DNA of 64,000 nucleotides, from assembly GCA_022426155.1 (NCBI GenBank), contig JAKMEE010000047.1, forward strand, positions 5,968 to 69,967. Direction: 5' to 3'. How positions within the stretch are numbered: the stretch's first letter is position 1; each line of letters opens with the position of its first letter. The notes beneath the pieces are model-generated. The model was not told the DNA's origin and did no database searches. It saw only the letters and a list, made by a program, of their open reading frames with translations. This DNA comes from Poseidonia sp. (lineage in GTDB: Archaea; Thermoplasmatota; Poseidoniia; Poseidoniales; Poseidoniaceae). A program made the position numbers and the translations under genes. Below are positions 48,455 to 57,434 of the stretch, one piece after another.

Positions 48455-50521
48455 GTGCAGAATGTCTACCTGACCTGGATGATAACAGCCCTTGCGCTGG
48501 GAGTCATTCTTCTCCCGTTCTTCAAACCACCATGGGCCAAACTCTCGCTGCCTCCTTTCGTGGATTTTTTCCGTAGGTACTGGATTCACATTCTGATTGT
48601 ATTTTCCATTTACAACGCAAAGGACGGCCTTGATCAGATTGACCGTTTGTTCATGGCCAGTACAGGGTTGGACATGACTCCGTACATTTGGGCTATTGAG
48701 GGGAATTTGGTTTTGTGGGTGCAGCAAACCTTTGAGAATGCCTTTCTGACCGCAGCCCTGACTCACTTTTATGTTTCAGGATTCATGTTCATTTGTTATG
48801 TTTCCATCTTCTATTTCGCCTATTTCGATGATAGATGGCTCGCCGACCGAGTGACCTTGTCCATCGCTTGGGTCTATCTCTTAGCAGTCCCATTCTATCT
48901 CTTTTTCAACGTACGAGTGACCGGCGATACCATTCCCGAAATGGAAACATTAGCCTACACGCTCACACCTGAGATTGCCGATTGGTTCCGTCGAATTGAC
49001 CCCTTTACAAACGGTATGCCATCCTTGCACATTGGGATTCCATTTGCCGTTTGGCTGTGCCTCACTCGTTTTGATGAAGACCGTCGATGGAACCGGTACC
49101 GACATACGCTTCTGTTGTACATCTTGCTCACAGCATTCGCCATCATTTATCTCGGCATTCATTGGTTCCTCGATATCATTGGCGGAATGATTGTTGCAAC
49201 GATGGCGGTTTCATTGGCTGATCGAACTTCCAACAGTTGGTGGAAATTCTTTGATGAGCGAACGATGAACGCTCGCATCGTCACGGTGTTAACCAAACCT
49301 AAGCATTCATTCCAATTCGTGACTGGAAAGATTCGGTTGTTTTTGGTTCGTTATAGCGCTCCTACAAGCCGTGAAACAACTCGAATGGCATTTGCCATAT
49401 TCCTTGTCGTGATTTCTGTCATTACCTACGATTTGACGCACAGTGCCCTGCCAGCAGGAGGCGTGCAAGCTCCAGAAGGGGCCGCAGCAGCAGATGGTTG
49501 GCTGGTCACCCTTGACAATCGAAGCGGAGAGGCTCATCTCTTGGTCCACAACCTTTCAGAAAGTGAGGATGACCCGATGCTCCTCAATCAGTTGAACCTC
49601 AGCATGAATTCTCCCTACGCCATATCTGGTTCTGTTCTTGCCATGGCCAATAACACGCACATGGCGGTCATCGACCTCGAAGCGAATCAACAAGAACTTC
49701 TGTTCGTTGAAACCGATCCAATCGAACATCTCTTGGTAAGTATGATTGGAACAGAACCTGTCGTCGTCTATACTCAAGAGGGTCTTCTTCATGCCATGAA
49801 TCTCGACGGTTCTTCCTTCATCCCAGCCGTTGAAACCTTTGACAACATCACAAAAATCGTCAACTCGGGTTCAGAGATTGCTATAGTACGAGATGACGAC
49901 CCGATGACCGTTCACGTAGTCCAGCTCGGTGTGCGTGGAAGTTTGGAATATCCAATCAACGCCACAGCGGCACCAGGTGAAGATGAATTGCTGATGAGTT
50001 GGGGGATTCCAGTTGATATGGAGAATGCAACGATTGTCGACATGGCCATGAATCGTGAATATCTCGCCGTTACTGTCAATGTAAGTGCAACAGATCGTCT
50101 TGTGGTTTACAATCGCTCCACTTCAATGCAATGGCTGGGAAGCAACGCGAAATACCATGTTTCAGACCCCTCCATCGGCCATGATATACTGGCCTGGGCG
50201 GTGAGGGACCATTACAATCCAATCTCTCCTCAAGAAAAATACCTTGACAGGGAGATTTATTTCACCACACTTGGAACTAATACAACCAGTATTCTCACCG
50301 TCGATGAACTCGATCAATGGGGTCCTCAGGTGCTTGAATCCCATCTCGTTTATTTCCAAATGGAAGACGAAACGGTTTCGGTTGAAATCCATTCTTGGGA
50401 GCCCGAATTGAGGCTGTACTCCAGCATCGTTCTTCAGTTGGGTGTTTTAGCAGCGGTCATTATTGTCTTCATGAATTCATGGCAGAGACAGAAGGAACGT
50501 CAAGCCATTCGCGGTCGTTGA
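48455..50521 (+). CDS. PAP2-superfamily (AUR1/IPC-synthase-like) membrane domain fused to a large extracytoplasmic domain and a C-terminal TM
   Basis: 688 aa with a GTG start. PAP2-type motifs PSLHIGIPF and HWFLDIIGG lie in a ~270-aa polytopic N-terminal part. A further TM follows (AFAIFLVVISVITY), then a ~330-aa soluble region with strand-rich repeats, then a final TM (VLQLGVLAAVIIVFM). Confidence 0.75.
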   Translation: MQNVYLTWMITALALGVILLPFFKPPWAKLSLPPFVDFFRRYWIHILIVFSIYNAKDGLDQIDRLFMASTGLDMTPYIWAIEGNLVLWVQQTFENAFLTAALTHFYVSGFMFICYVSIFYFAYFDDRWLADRVTLSIAWVYLLAVPFYLFFNVRVTGDTIPEMETLAYTLTPEIADWFRRIDPFTNGMPSLHIGIPFAVWLCLTRFDEDRRWNRYRHTLLLYILLTAFAIIYLGIHWFLDIIGGMIVATMAVSLADRTSNSWWKFFDERTMNARIVTVLTKPKHSFQFVTGKIRLFLVRYSAPTSRETTRMAFAIFLVVISVITYDLTHSALPAGGVQAPEGAAAADGWLVTLDNRSGEAHLLVHNLSESEDDPMLLNQLNLSMNSPYAISGSVLAMANNTHMAVIDLEANQQELLFVETDPIEHLLVSMIGTEPVVVYTQEGLLHAMNLDGSSFIPAVETFDNITKIVNSGSEIAIVRDDDPMTVHVVQLGVRGSLEYPINATAAPGEDELLMSWGIPVDMENATIVDMAMNREYLAVTVNVSATDRLVVYNRSTSMQWLGSNAKYHVSDPSIGHDILAWAVRDHYNPISPQEKYLDREIYFTTLGTNTTSILTVDELDQWGPQVLESHLVYFQMEDETVSVEIHSWEPELRLYSSIVLQLGVLAAVIIVFMNSWQRQKERQAIRGR

Positions 50522-50523
50522 TT

Positions 50524-51204
50524 TCAACCGTGGTAGCGTACTCGTGTTCGGATCTCTTCGAGGCGACGAAGTACTTCTTCAGCCGAGGGAACCCTTCCCC
50601 CTCGCAAAGTCGGTGTAGTTCCAAGCTGTTCTTCGGCTGCTCTGTAGCCTTGAACGACACGGTCAATGGCCCCTTCCCATTGAGGATGAGATGCGCCAAG
50701 AATTTCGTCTAACACATGCAAATCTATGCCAAATCGCTCAACCTCATAATCGATGGCTGCTAATCCAAAATCAATGAGATAGACCTTAGGCCCATCAATG
50801 AGCATATTGTTGGTTGACAAATCCCCATGCGTCATGGCTTCTCGATGAAGCAAGCGCACCGTGGCTCCAACGCTATGAAGGATTTGATTGACGTTGGATT
50901 GCGTTGAACTTGAATCGTTCAGTACATCGATCAAAGGAGTTCCAGGGAGGTGTTCTAACACCATTTGGCCTCCTTCCATGTCGAGGTCCCATACGGCTGG
51001 AACTGGAAGGCCCGAACGACGCAAACGAATCAACAATCGCGCCTCACTGGTCATCCTTCGAGTACCCAACCGATGATCCAAGTCTGGATGTCGCCATGAA
51101 CGAGGTCGGCGTTGTTTCCGTACAGCAGGTCGGCCAAACCATGTTCCTGACCAAACATCGGCTTCCGCCCCGAGGTGAAGGCGTTGCTGCTCAATGAAGA
51201 CCAT
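50524..51204 (-). CDS. bud32: Bud32/PRPK-type atypical kinase (KEOPS subunit), stand-alone
   Basis: 226 aa. GAEADVWSGTWFGRPAVRKQR, catalytic HGDLSTNNMLI, DFGLA. Confidence 0.85.
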   Translation of the reverse strand: MVFIEQQRLHLGAEADVWSGTWFGRPAVRKQRRPRSWRHPDLDHRLGTRRMTSEARLLIRLRRSGLPVPAVWDLDMEGGQMVLEHLPGTPLIDVLNDSSSTQSNVNQILHSVGATVRLLHREAMTHGDLSTNNMLIDGPKVYLIDFGLAAIDYEVERFGIDLHVLDEILGASHPQWEGAIDRVVQGYRAAEEQLGTTPTLRGGRVPSAEEVLRRLEEIRTRVRYHG

Positions 51205-51279
51205 GTGACGCTCAGAAGGTTCACATTTTCAAAGTTCACGTTCATCCGCTCCTTCAAAAAGGGTGAACGGTTCGGATAG

Positions 51280-52443
51280 ATGAGGCACATGAGTATCTCC
51301 CTTCCTATGTGTGCGGTGGATTTCACGGATGCAACCCTGTCCGATGAAGAACAGGCAATCGCTCAGCGTATTACTGAATTGAAGACGATCCTTGGAGAGG
51401 ACCTGTTGATTCTTGGCCACCATTATCAACGCGATAGCATCGTCATGCACGCTGATTTTCTCGGCGATTCATTCATGTTGAGTCAAAAAGCCGCAGCCTC
51501 AACTGCCAAACACATCGTATTCTGTGGCGTTCACTTCATGGCTGAATCGGCAGATATCCTCACATCAGATGAACAAAACGTTGTTCTTCCAAACCTCCGT
51601 GCTGGATGTTCAATGGCAGATATGGCAACGCTCAATGAAGTTGAAGCTGCTTGGGATGAAATTTTGCTAGAATCTGGTCTTAAGGACCCCATTAATCGGG
51701 AAAACCCTGAGCAGCCAGCGGCAAAAGACGCATCATATTTGGTGCCAGTGACATACATGAATTCCAGTGCTGATCTCAAGGATTTTGTCGGGCGTCATGG
51801 CGGTGTTGTTTGCACTTCTTCGAACGCTGAAGGTGTTCTCAACTGGGCCTTTGAGCGAGCCGGGCAAAACGGGGCGGTCCTGTTTTTCCCTGACCAACAC
51901 CTCGGTCGAAACACGGGTATGGCCATGGGGATTTCGACTGACCGCATGCCTACATGGACCCCAGGTATCGGGGCAATGGGTGAACTCAAAGGCGCTAGAA
52001 TTGTGCTATGGCACGGGTTTTGTTCGGTTCATAAGCGTTTTACTCCAAGTCAAATACATGAGTTTCGGTCAGAGTACCCCGATGGTCTTGTGGTTGTGCA
52101 CCCCGAATGCCCTCGAGAAACAGTTGAACTCGCTGATGCCAACGGCTCGACGCAATACATTCATCGCTATGTCGAAGGTCTACCAAGCGGGTCAGCAGTA
52201 GCCATTGGAACTGAAATCAACATGGTGGCTCGTCTCGCTCGAGAACACCCTGACAAGCACATTGAATGCTTGGATGATGAAATTTGTCCATGCTCAACCA
52301 TGTACATGATTCATCCAGCCTATTTGATGGACGTTCTGGAACGATTGGTCGATGGCGAAGTACCCAATCAAATATCAGTTCCACCCTCCGTTCAGGAAGG
52401 CTCACTGTTGGCGTTAAATCGGATGCTTGCCATTCTCAAATGA
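51280..52443 (+). CDS. nadA: Quinolinate synthase
   Basis: 387 aa. Motifs ILGHHYQRD, GVHFMAESADIL and VVHPECPRE. Cys residues for the 4Fe-4S cluster are present. Confidence 0.9.
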   Translation: MRHMSISLPMCAVDFTDATLSDEEQAIAQRITELKTILGEDLLILGHHYQRDSIVMHADFLGDSFMLSQKAAASTAKHIVFCGVHFMAESADILTSDEQNVVLPNLRAGCSMADMATLNEVEAAWDEILLESGLKDPINRENPEQPAAKDASYLVPVTYMNSSADLKDFVGRHGGVVCTSSNAEGVLNWAFERAGQNGAVLFFPDQHLGRNTGMAMGISTDRMPTWTPGIGAMGELKGARIVLWHGFCSVHKRFTPSQIHEFRSEYPDGLVVVHPECPRETVELADANGSTQYIHRYVEGLPSGSAVAIGTEINMVARLAREHPDKHIECLDDEICPCSTMYMIHPAYLMDVLERLVDGEVPNQISVPPSVQEGSLLALNRMLAILK

Positions 52444-52816
52444 CCTTGTCCAAGAAAGAAGTCGTTCCTTTCCATCCAATGAACGCGAGGACTGGGCACA
52501 GTATGACAGTCAGCAGCACATAGGTTCCCATGGCGCTCCATTCTTTTTCTTGCCACATGGTGACGGTCTCCATCGAAAAGGTGGACATAGTGGTGAAAGC
52601 TCCAAGCAAACCAGTCCCAAACAACAGAGCCTGTGTCTCCGTCAACGTGTTAGCTGCCAAGGCTGCTACCACGCTGCCAAGCAGCAATGACCCGAGCAAA
52701 TTCGCCGTCAATGTTCCCATCGGCATGGTTTCGGATGGCATGGATTCCGTGACCCAAAATCTGAGCAGAGCGCCCATCGCTCCACCTGCTCCAACGGCGA
52801 CCCAGTGAGAGAACAC
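52436..52816 (-). CDS. crcB: Fluoride ion channel CrcB/FluC
   Basis: 126 aa with a GTG start. GGAMGALLRF and GLLGAFTTMSTFS. The 3' end overlaps nadA by 8 nt (convergent). Confidence 0.9.
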   Translation of the reverse strand: MFSHWVAVGAGGAMGALLRFWVTESMPSETMPMGTLTANLLGSLLLGSVVAALAANTLTETQALLFGTGLLGAFTTMSTFSMETVTMWQEKEWSAMGTYVLLTVILCPVLAFIGWKGTTSFLDKVI

Positions 52817-52919
52817 GACTGTTGCTCATCTGTCCTGAATAAGAAATCACCTGACGAACATCAACGATTGTGGTGGTTTCATCCATCATTGTCAAAGCCT
52901 CGTTCTTCGTGGGAATGTC

Positions 52920-53585
52920 ATGACCACTAAGATTTGGTTCCTTACAGGGAATCATGGAAAGGTTGCAGAAGCCCAACATCACCTTCGTCCCTTGGGGTAC
53001 GAAGTCATCCAGTTGATGCCTGATGGCGTCACCATTACCGAACCTCAAGCCGACACCCTGAGAGAAGTTGCCTTGTCGAAAATTGAGCAAGCCAAACACC
53101 ACCTTCCTTCGGAGGACGATCTCCTTTTGGTGGAAGATGCTGGTTTGTTCGTTGATGCTTTAGATGATTTCCCTGGCGTTTATTCTTCCTTTGTTCTCCG
53201 AACTTTGCAATGCTCAGGAATTCTCCGTTTACTCAACCATCTCATCAGCGAAGACCCTGTCCAATCAGCCAAGGTACGAAGCGCTCGATTCGAGGCTGTT
53301 GCTGCGCTGTGGGATGGTTCAGAGGTCATCTTCGGCCAAGGGGTTTGTCCTGGTTCAATTGCATATCAGGTCACGGAAGGAGAAGGGTTCGGTTTCGACC
53401 CTATTTTCATTCCATCGGATTTGGACGAATTTGGAGAACCATTGGAACCAGGTAACTACGGGGTACTAAGCACTCACGGGGCCACATTCGGTGCGGTTGG
53501 GCAAGAGATCAAAGAGGCCTTCAGTCATCGAACACGCGCCCTAGACGATTTGATTCGCCAACTCAAAGCCAATCAGGGCCAATGA
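52920..53585 (+). CDS. Non-canonical purine NTP pyrophosphatase (HAM1/RdgB/ITPase)
   Basis: 221 aa. Motifs FLTGNHGKVAEA, VEDAGLFVDALDDFPGVYS and GFGFDPIFIP. Confidence 0.9.
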   Translation: MTTKIWFLTGNHGKVAEAQHHLRPLGYEVIQLMPDGVTITEPQADTLREVALSKIEQAKHHLPSEDDLLLVEDAGLFVDALDDFPGVYSSFVLRTLQCSGILRLLNHLISEDPVQSAKVRSARFEAVAALWDGSEVIFGQGVCPGSIAYQVTEGEGFGFDPIFIPSDLDEFGEPLEPGNYGVLSTHGATFGAVGQEIKEAFSHRTRALDDLIRQLKANQGQ

Positions 53586-53624
53586 TATTGGCCTAAATCC
53601 ATCACGGTCATAAAGAAACAATGT

Positions 53625-54569
53625 TTGGGGTGGTTGAGGGACATGGGTTTCGCACGCACCGTTGTAGGGCTGTTGTTCGTCTCAGTGATGGGATTCTATC
53701 TCTCAACGGTTGGTGACTTGACCGATGAAGCCAAGTGGGGTGCTGTGGTCATTATGGCGGTCCTTGCTTTTGCTTGGGTCAGCATGGGACAATCACCACA
53801 AAAAGCCCCAAAACGTCAAGCATTACCTGTCCAACAAGCCGCTGCATCCATGGCGGTAGAATCTGAACCTGATGAGATGGATGAAGACCTTCCCGAACCT
53901 GTGAAGGAAGAATCCCTCGATGGTGCCACCTTACGAGAACGTAAATTAGCAAAGATCGTCGCAGCTGAGGCGCAACAAGCCGCAGCAATGGCAACCCAAG
54001 AGGAAGAAGACAATGATTCCGAAGCGGGAGTTGTTGAGATTGAAGTCGAACTTGAAGACGTCCACGTCGCTGATGAATTCGTGGTAGAAGTGAGCCCTGA
54101 GTCGGTGGAGGACGCCGATATTGAACTCACTGTCAATGACCGCCGCAAGCGACATGATGCTATTCGCGAGCGTATCGAGCGCCGTCGACGCGGTCAACTC
54201 GCAGAAATCCGAGCTTCAACAGCAAAGATGTGGGAGGACCATGCAGCGGGGGAGGATCTTGTTGCTCTCCTTCAAACACCTGGACACGGCCACTCAGTGA
54301 TGGTACAACCCGAGCATCCAGAACCAGGGCATGTTTACGGAGCGACCTTTGTTCGAATTGATGAAGGTCGTATCCTCAAACTCCGATTGCCATTGGATGT
54401 TGGTTTTGAAACAGTTTCAAAGCCTGAACCTGAATTGCCTCAAATCATCGGGATCGACGGCAAAATCCTTCCTCCTTTGTTGGGTGCTGATGGGCTCCCC
54501 TTGCCCCTCCCTCCTCTTCCAGATTCCAGTAATGCGCTCTCTGCCCTTCGGGATGAAATGAACGAGTGA
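53625..54569 (+). CDS. Hypothetical membrane-anchored acidic protein
   Basis: 314 aa. TTG start in the track; an ATG lies at 53643. Two N-terminal TM helices, a long D/E/A-rich linker, and a C-terminal ~90-aa region (GHVYGATFVRIDEGRILKLRLPLDVG) with a Pro/Leu-rich tail. Confidence 0.6.
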   Translation: MGWLRDMGFARTVVGLLFVSVMGFYLSTVGDLTDEAKWGAVVIMAVLAFAWVSMGQSPQKAPKRQALPVQQAAASMAVESEPDEMDEDLPEPVKEESLDGATLRERKLAKIVAAEAQQAAAMATQEEEDNDSEAGVVEIEVELEDVHVADEFVVEVSPESVEDADIELTVNDRRKRHDAIRERIERRRRGQLAEIRASTAKMWEDHAAGEDLVALLQTPGHGHSVMVQPEHPEPGHVYGATFVRIDEGRILKLRLPLDVGFETVSKPEPELPQIIGIDGKILPPLLGADGLPLPLPPLPDSSNALSALRDEMNE

Positions 54570-54782
54570 CGTCAACTTAGCCCTTCAAGGGATTTAGGGT
54601 GTCAAATTTATCGATGGGGTTCCAAATGGCACCCTTAAATACAGTCAATGTCTATTTTTATCGTGCCCCTACAAGGCTAGATCCGTGAATCCTATGCAGT
54701 AACCCGTGTTTGACCTAGATACGACTGACCCACACGCGGAAACGCTCGACGTTTCTGCACAGTCAATTGGGGTGAAATACAC

Positions 54783-55247
54783 ATGGGGAAAAAAAATATA
54801 GGAAGGAAAAAACGCGGAATGAAACGAAATAATCGGGATTATCATTATGATAAAACCGATAAGAAGCACGTGATGAAGGATAGCGTCCGGAGGAAAAAAT
54901 CTGCCGTACACGCTCGTATTAAACGAGAAAGGCAGGACAAAAAAGAAGCTGAACAGAAGGCTTTGGACCCGGAATCTTCTTCGGATGAAGGCGATGCATC
55001 GGTTGATTCGAAACCTGCTGAGAGAGCAGCAAAGCCAAACAACGGACCTTGCTGCAAAGACACGGAACAAGTTGCTGAGAAGAACGAACGCATGTTTGAG
55101 GAATGGAAACATTCCTCTCCTGCAAAGATTGATCAGGGCCATTCGTATGCTTACGAATTGTCATTTTGGTTCGTTTGTAAACATCGAGCACACATGCCTC
55201 ATTTCAAGGCATTTTTGGATCTGAAGAATATCCAATGGTTTCAATAA
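54783..55247 (+). CDS. Hypothetical very basic protein (low confidence)
   Basis: 154 aa. In the first 60 residues I counted 24 Lys/Arg. An acidic Ser-rich patch (DPESSSDEGDAS) follows, and the C-terminus has Cys/His (PCC...VCKHRAHMPH). It is followed immediately by a T7 run. It lies in an A-rich, otherwise non-coding-looking 790-nt spacer. Confidence 0.4.
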   Translation: MGKKNIGRKKRGMKRNNRDYHYDKTDKKHVMKDSVRRKKSAVHARIKRERQDKKEAEQKALDPESSSDEGDASVDSKPAERAAKPNNGPCCKDTEQVAEKNERMFEEWKHSSPAKIDQGHSYAYELSFWFVCKHRAHMPHFKAFLDLKNIQWFQ

Positions 55248-55252
55248 TTTCA

Positions 55253-55259
55253 TTTTTTT
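55253..55259 (+). terminator. Oligo-T tract (archaeal terminator-like) after the basic ORF
   Basis: TAATTTCATTTTTTTC: seven consecutive T starting 6 nt after the stop codon. A 7-bp stem hairpin GGTTGGG-N9-CCCAACC follows at 55294-55316. Confidence 0.3.
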
Positions 55260-55355
55260 CTGAATGAGGAGACGACCGAGCAAAGACTCGGGTGGTTGGG
55301 GCATTGGCGCCCAACCCTTTAGTGCCGACAGGCTCGAGATTCAATTGGGGCCGAA

Positions 55356-55736
55356 ATGGAACGTGACACCTTGCTCTTGGACGGCGATTGTGGCCTATGC
55401 AATCGTTTGGCACAATGGTTACGACCGAGGATGAAAGACCCACAGGCATTGCAATTTTTCGCCATCGAAAGTGACGAGGGTAAGGAACTCATTGCAACCT
55501 TCCCAGAGCATTACCAGGCCGCGGATAGTGTCTATCTTCTAAAGAGCGGACGTCCATACATCCGTTCCGCTGCAGCTATCCGATGTTTGCCCTATCTCAA
55601 ATGGTATTACGCCATGTGGTATCCTTTATGTTGGCTGGTGCCGTTGCCACTGCGAAACCTTGTGTATCGATTCGTTGCCAAAGTGCGCCATCGGATTTTC
55701 AAAGCACCAACAGAGTGCTACCTTCCGATTCGTTGA
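55356..55736 (+). CDS. DCC-family thiol-disulfide oxidoreductase (DUF393)
   Basis: 126 aa. N-terminal LLLDGDCGLCNRLAQWL signature. Confidence 0.8.
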   Translation: MERDTLLLDGDCGLCNRLAQWLRPRMKDPQALQFFAIESDEGKELIATFPEHYQAADSVYLLKSGRPYIRSAAAIRCLPYLKWYYAMWYPLCWLVPLPLRNLVYRFVAKVRHRIFKAPTECYLPIR

Positions 55737-55738
55737 GT

Positions 55739-55999
55739 TCAATGTGTTGTTTTAGATGCATCATCTTTCAACCTCCAATTCTTGCGAGATAAACCTTCGA
55801 GGGCAACTCCCGTGACAATTCCCCACACCCATGGGTCCTCTATGCCCATGCTCATCAATACCGTCATCGCAACGAGGGCTAGAATCCAATGATGGAGCCA
55901 AAGTCCCTTTCCACGTAAGTGGAAGTTTGTTTGTTCAGTGACATATCGCGTGAAAGAATAACTCAAGACCAAAAAAATTGAGTAGAGAGCGAACTCCAT
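55739..55999 (-). CDS. Hypothetical small membrane protein
   Basis: 86 aa with three hydrophobic helices. No recognisable motif. Confidence 0.5.
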   Translation of the reverse strand: MEFALYSIFLVLSYSFTRYVTEQTNFHLRGKGLWLHHWILALVAMTVLMSMGIEDPWVWGIVTGVALEGLSRKNWRLKDDASKTTH

Positions 56000-56171
56000 G
56001 AAAGAGGCTTAGGTGGACATGTATATTTCATGTTGCGCTCCATGCAAAGGCATGACAACGGAATTTCATCCAATCAACAAATTGCAGTAGTTGAATCGCC
56101 GAACTTCAAGGATCAGAGCGGCTCTGGGGAACCAAAACAACAGGAAAGAGAGGGGGAATCCCTGTTAATAC

Positions 56172-57434
56172 ATGAGATTCACTAATATGCTATGCTCAAA
56201 AGCGAGAAGTATGGCGACTTTGGATAAAAGGAAGCCAGTCATCGTGATGAACACGCATGTCTATCCACGACATGTAGGTGACCACGTCGCCCCGTTTATG
56301 CACGAATTTGCAAAAATGTGTTCGTCTTTTGCCCGGGTCGTCGTCCATTGCCCACATGCACCAGGCTTAGCCATGAGTGAGACATTTGAGGGCATAGAAA
56401 TTCGTCGGTTCCGATATGCATCCGAGTCAAAACAAACTTTGGCATATAGGGGGGATATGCACAAGCAGGTGTTTCGCTCACCGTTGAAAGCCCTACTTTT
56501 TCTCAAGTTTCTCTGGAAATGGAGAAAGGCGACAAAACAAATCATTCGGGATGTACAACCTGATGCCATGCACGCTCATTGGTTGATTCCAGGGGGTTTT
56601 ATCACCTCAAAAGCGATGAAAAAAAGCAAGATACCGCTGTTTGTTTCAATGCATGGGACGGATGTCTTTTTGGTTCGAAAGCGCAAAGCTGCGCAACGAA
56701 TTGCAAAGAAAATTTTCCAAAAATCTCAGAAAAATCATTTTGTCTCCATGGCCTTGCAAGAGAGCATTGAGTCATCCTGTCAGAGAAAGAAGAATTCAAA
56801 CGACCTTTTGCTTCCAATGTTTTTTGATTTCGAGCGTTTTGCCAACATTCATCGAGAACCTGATTCCAAGAAAATATTGTTCGTGGGGCGTCTCATGTCT
56901 GTCAAGGGCATTGATGTTCTCATCGAAGCCTTTTCACATCTTCAATCCACAATTGGCGCAGATGGTTGGACATTGGACATCGTCGGAGACGGTCCCATGC
57001 GTGAAGAACTTCTTGAGTTGACCAAGGAGAGGAATGTATCCGGGCAGGTCACGTTCCATGGGACACTTGATCGTGAAGAAGTCGTGAAGATGTATGGGGC
57101 ATCTGAAATTTTTGTGCTTCCATCCAAGACCACTCCATCTGGTGAAAAAGAGGGTCTTGGAGTTGTTCTCCTTGAAGCGATGATGTCCAAAGTAGCCGTT
57201 ATTGGAACCGATTGCGGGGGCATTCCCGAAGTTATCACTCATCAACAAACAGGGTTGCTCATTCAACAAAACGATGTGGAAGCATTGTCCAAAGCGATGC
57301 AACACCTCATCGAAGATGATGGTTTTCGCAAACAACTGATTGAGGACGCTCACGCGGAAATGAGCCAAAAATATTCAAGGGATGCGATCCAACATCAATT
57401 AAAAGAGTGGTATGGGGGAGTTCTGGATGACTAA
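56172..57434 (+). CDS. Glycosyltransferase, GT4 family (GT-B fold)
   Basis: 420 aa. C-terminal EGLGVVLLEAMMSKVAVIGTDCGGIPEVI (E-x7-E-type motif). An alternative ATG lies at 56211. Confidence 0.88.
   Translation: MRFTNMLCSKARSMATLDKRKPVIVMNTHVYPRHVGDHVAPFMHEFAKMCSSFARVVVHCPHAPGLAMSETFEGIEIRRFRYASESKQTLAYRGDMHKQVFRSPLKALLFLKFLWKWRKATKQIIRDVQPDAMHAHWLIPGGFITSKAMKKSKIPLFVSMHGTDVFLVRKRKAAQRIAKKIFQKSQKNHFVSMALQESIESSCQRKKNSNDLLLPMFFDFERFANIHREPDSKKILFVGRLMSVKGIDVLIEAFSHLQSTIGADGWTLDIVGDGPMREELLELTKERNVSGQVTFHGTLDREEVVKMYGASEIFVLPSKTTPSGEKEGLGVVLLEAMMSKVAVIGTDCGGIPEVITHQQTGLLIQQNDVEALSKAMQHLIEDDGFRKQLIEDAHAEMSQKYSRDAIQHQLKEWYGGVLDD

Noticed and set aside
52817-52919. Possible fluoride (crcB-motif) riboswitch upstream of crcB
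   Set aside because: The minus-strand leader (…GACAATGATGGATGAAACCACCACAATCGTTGATGTTCG…) has only a vague resemblance to the GGCGAUG…CGCC…GCUGAUG consensus. I could not build the P1/P3 helices or the pseudoknot. An Infernal scan with the Rfam fluoride model would settle it.
54869-54952. C-box-like GTGATGA and a downstream CTGA (possible C/D box sRNA)
   Set aside because: The spacing is about 80 nt with no internal D'/C' boxes or terminal stem, and it lies inside the basic ORF.
54669-55142. 157-aa minus-strand ORF opposite the basic ORF
   Set aside because: Its Phe/Ser/Leu-rich composition is what the complement of an A-rich strand produces. It has no start context or terminator. The plus-strand frame has an oligo-T tract after its stop.
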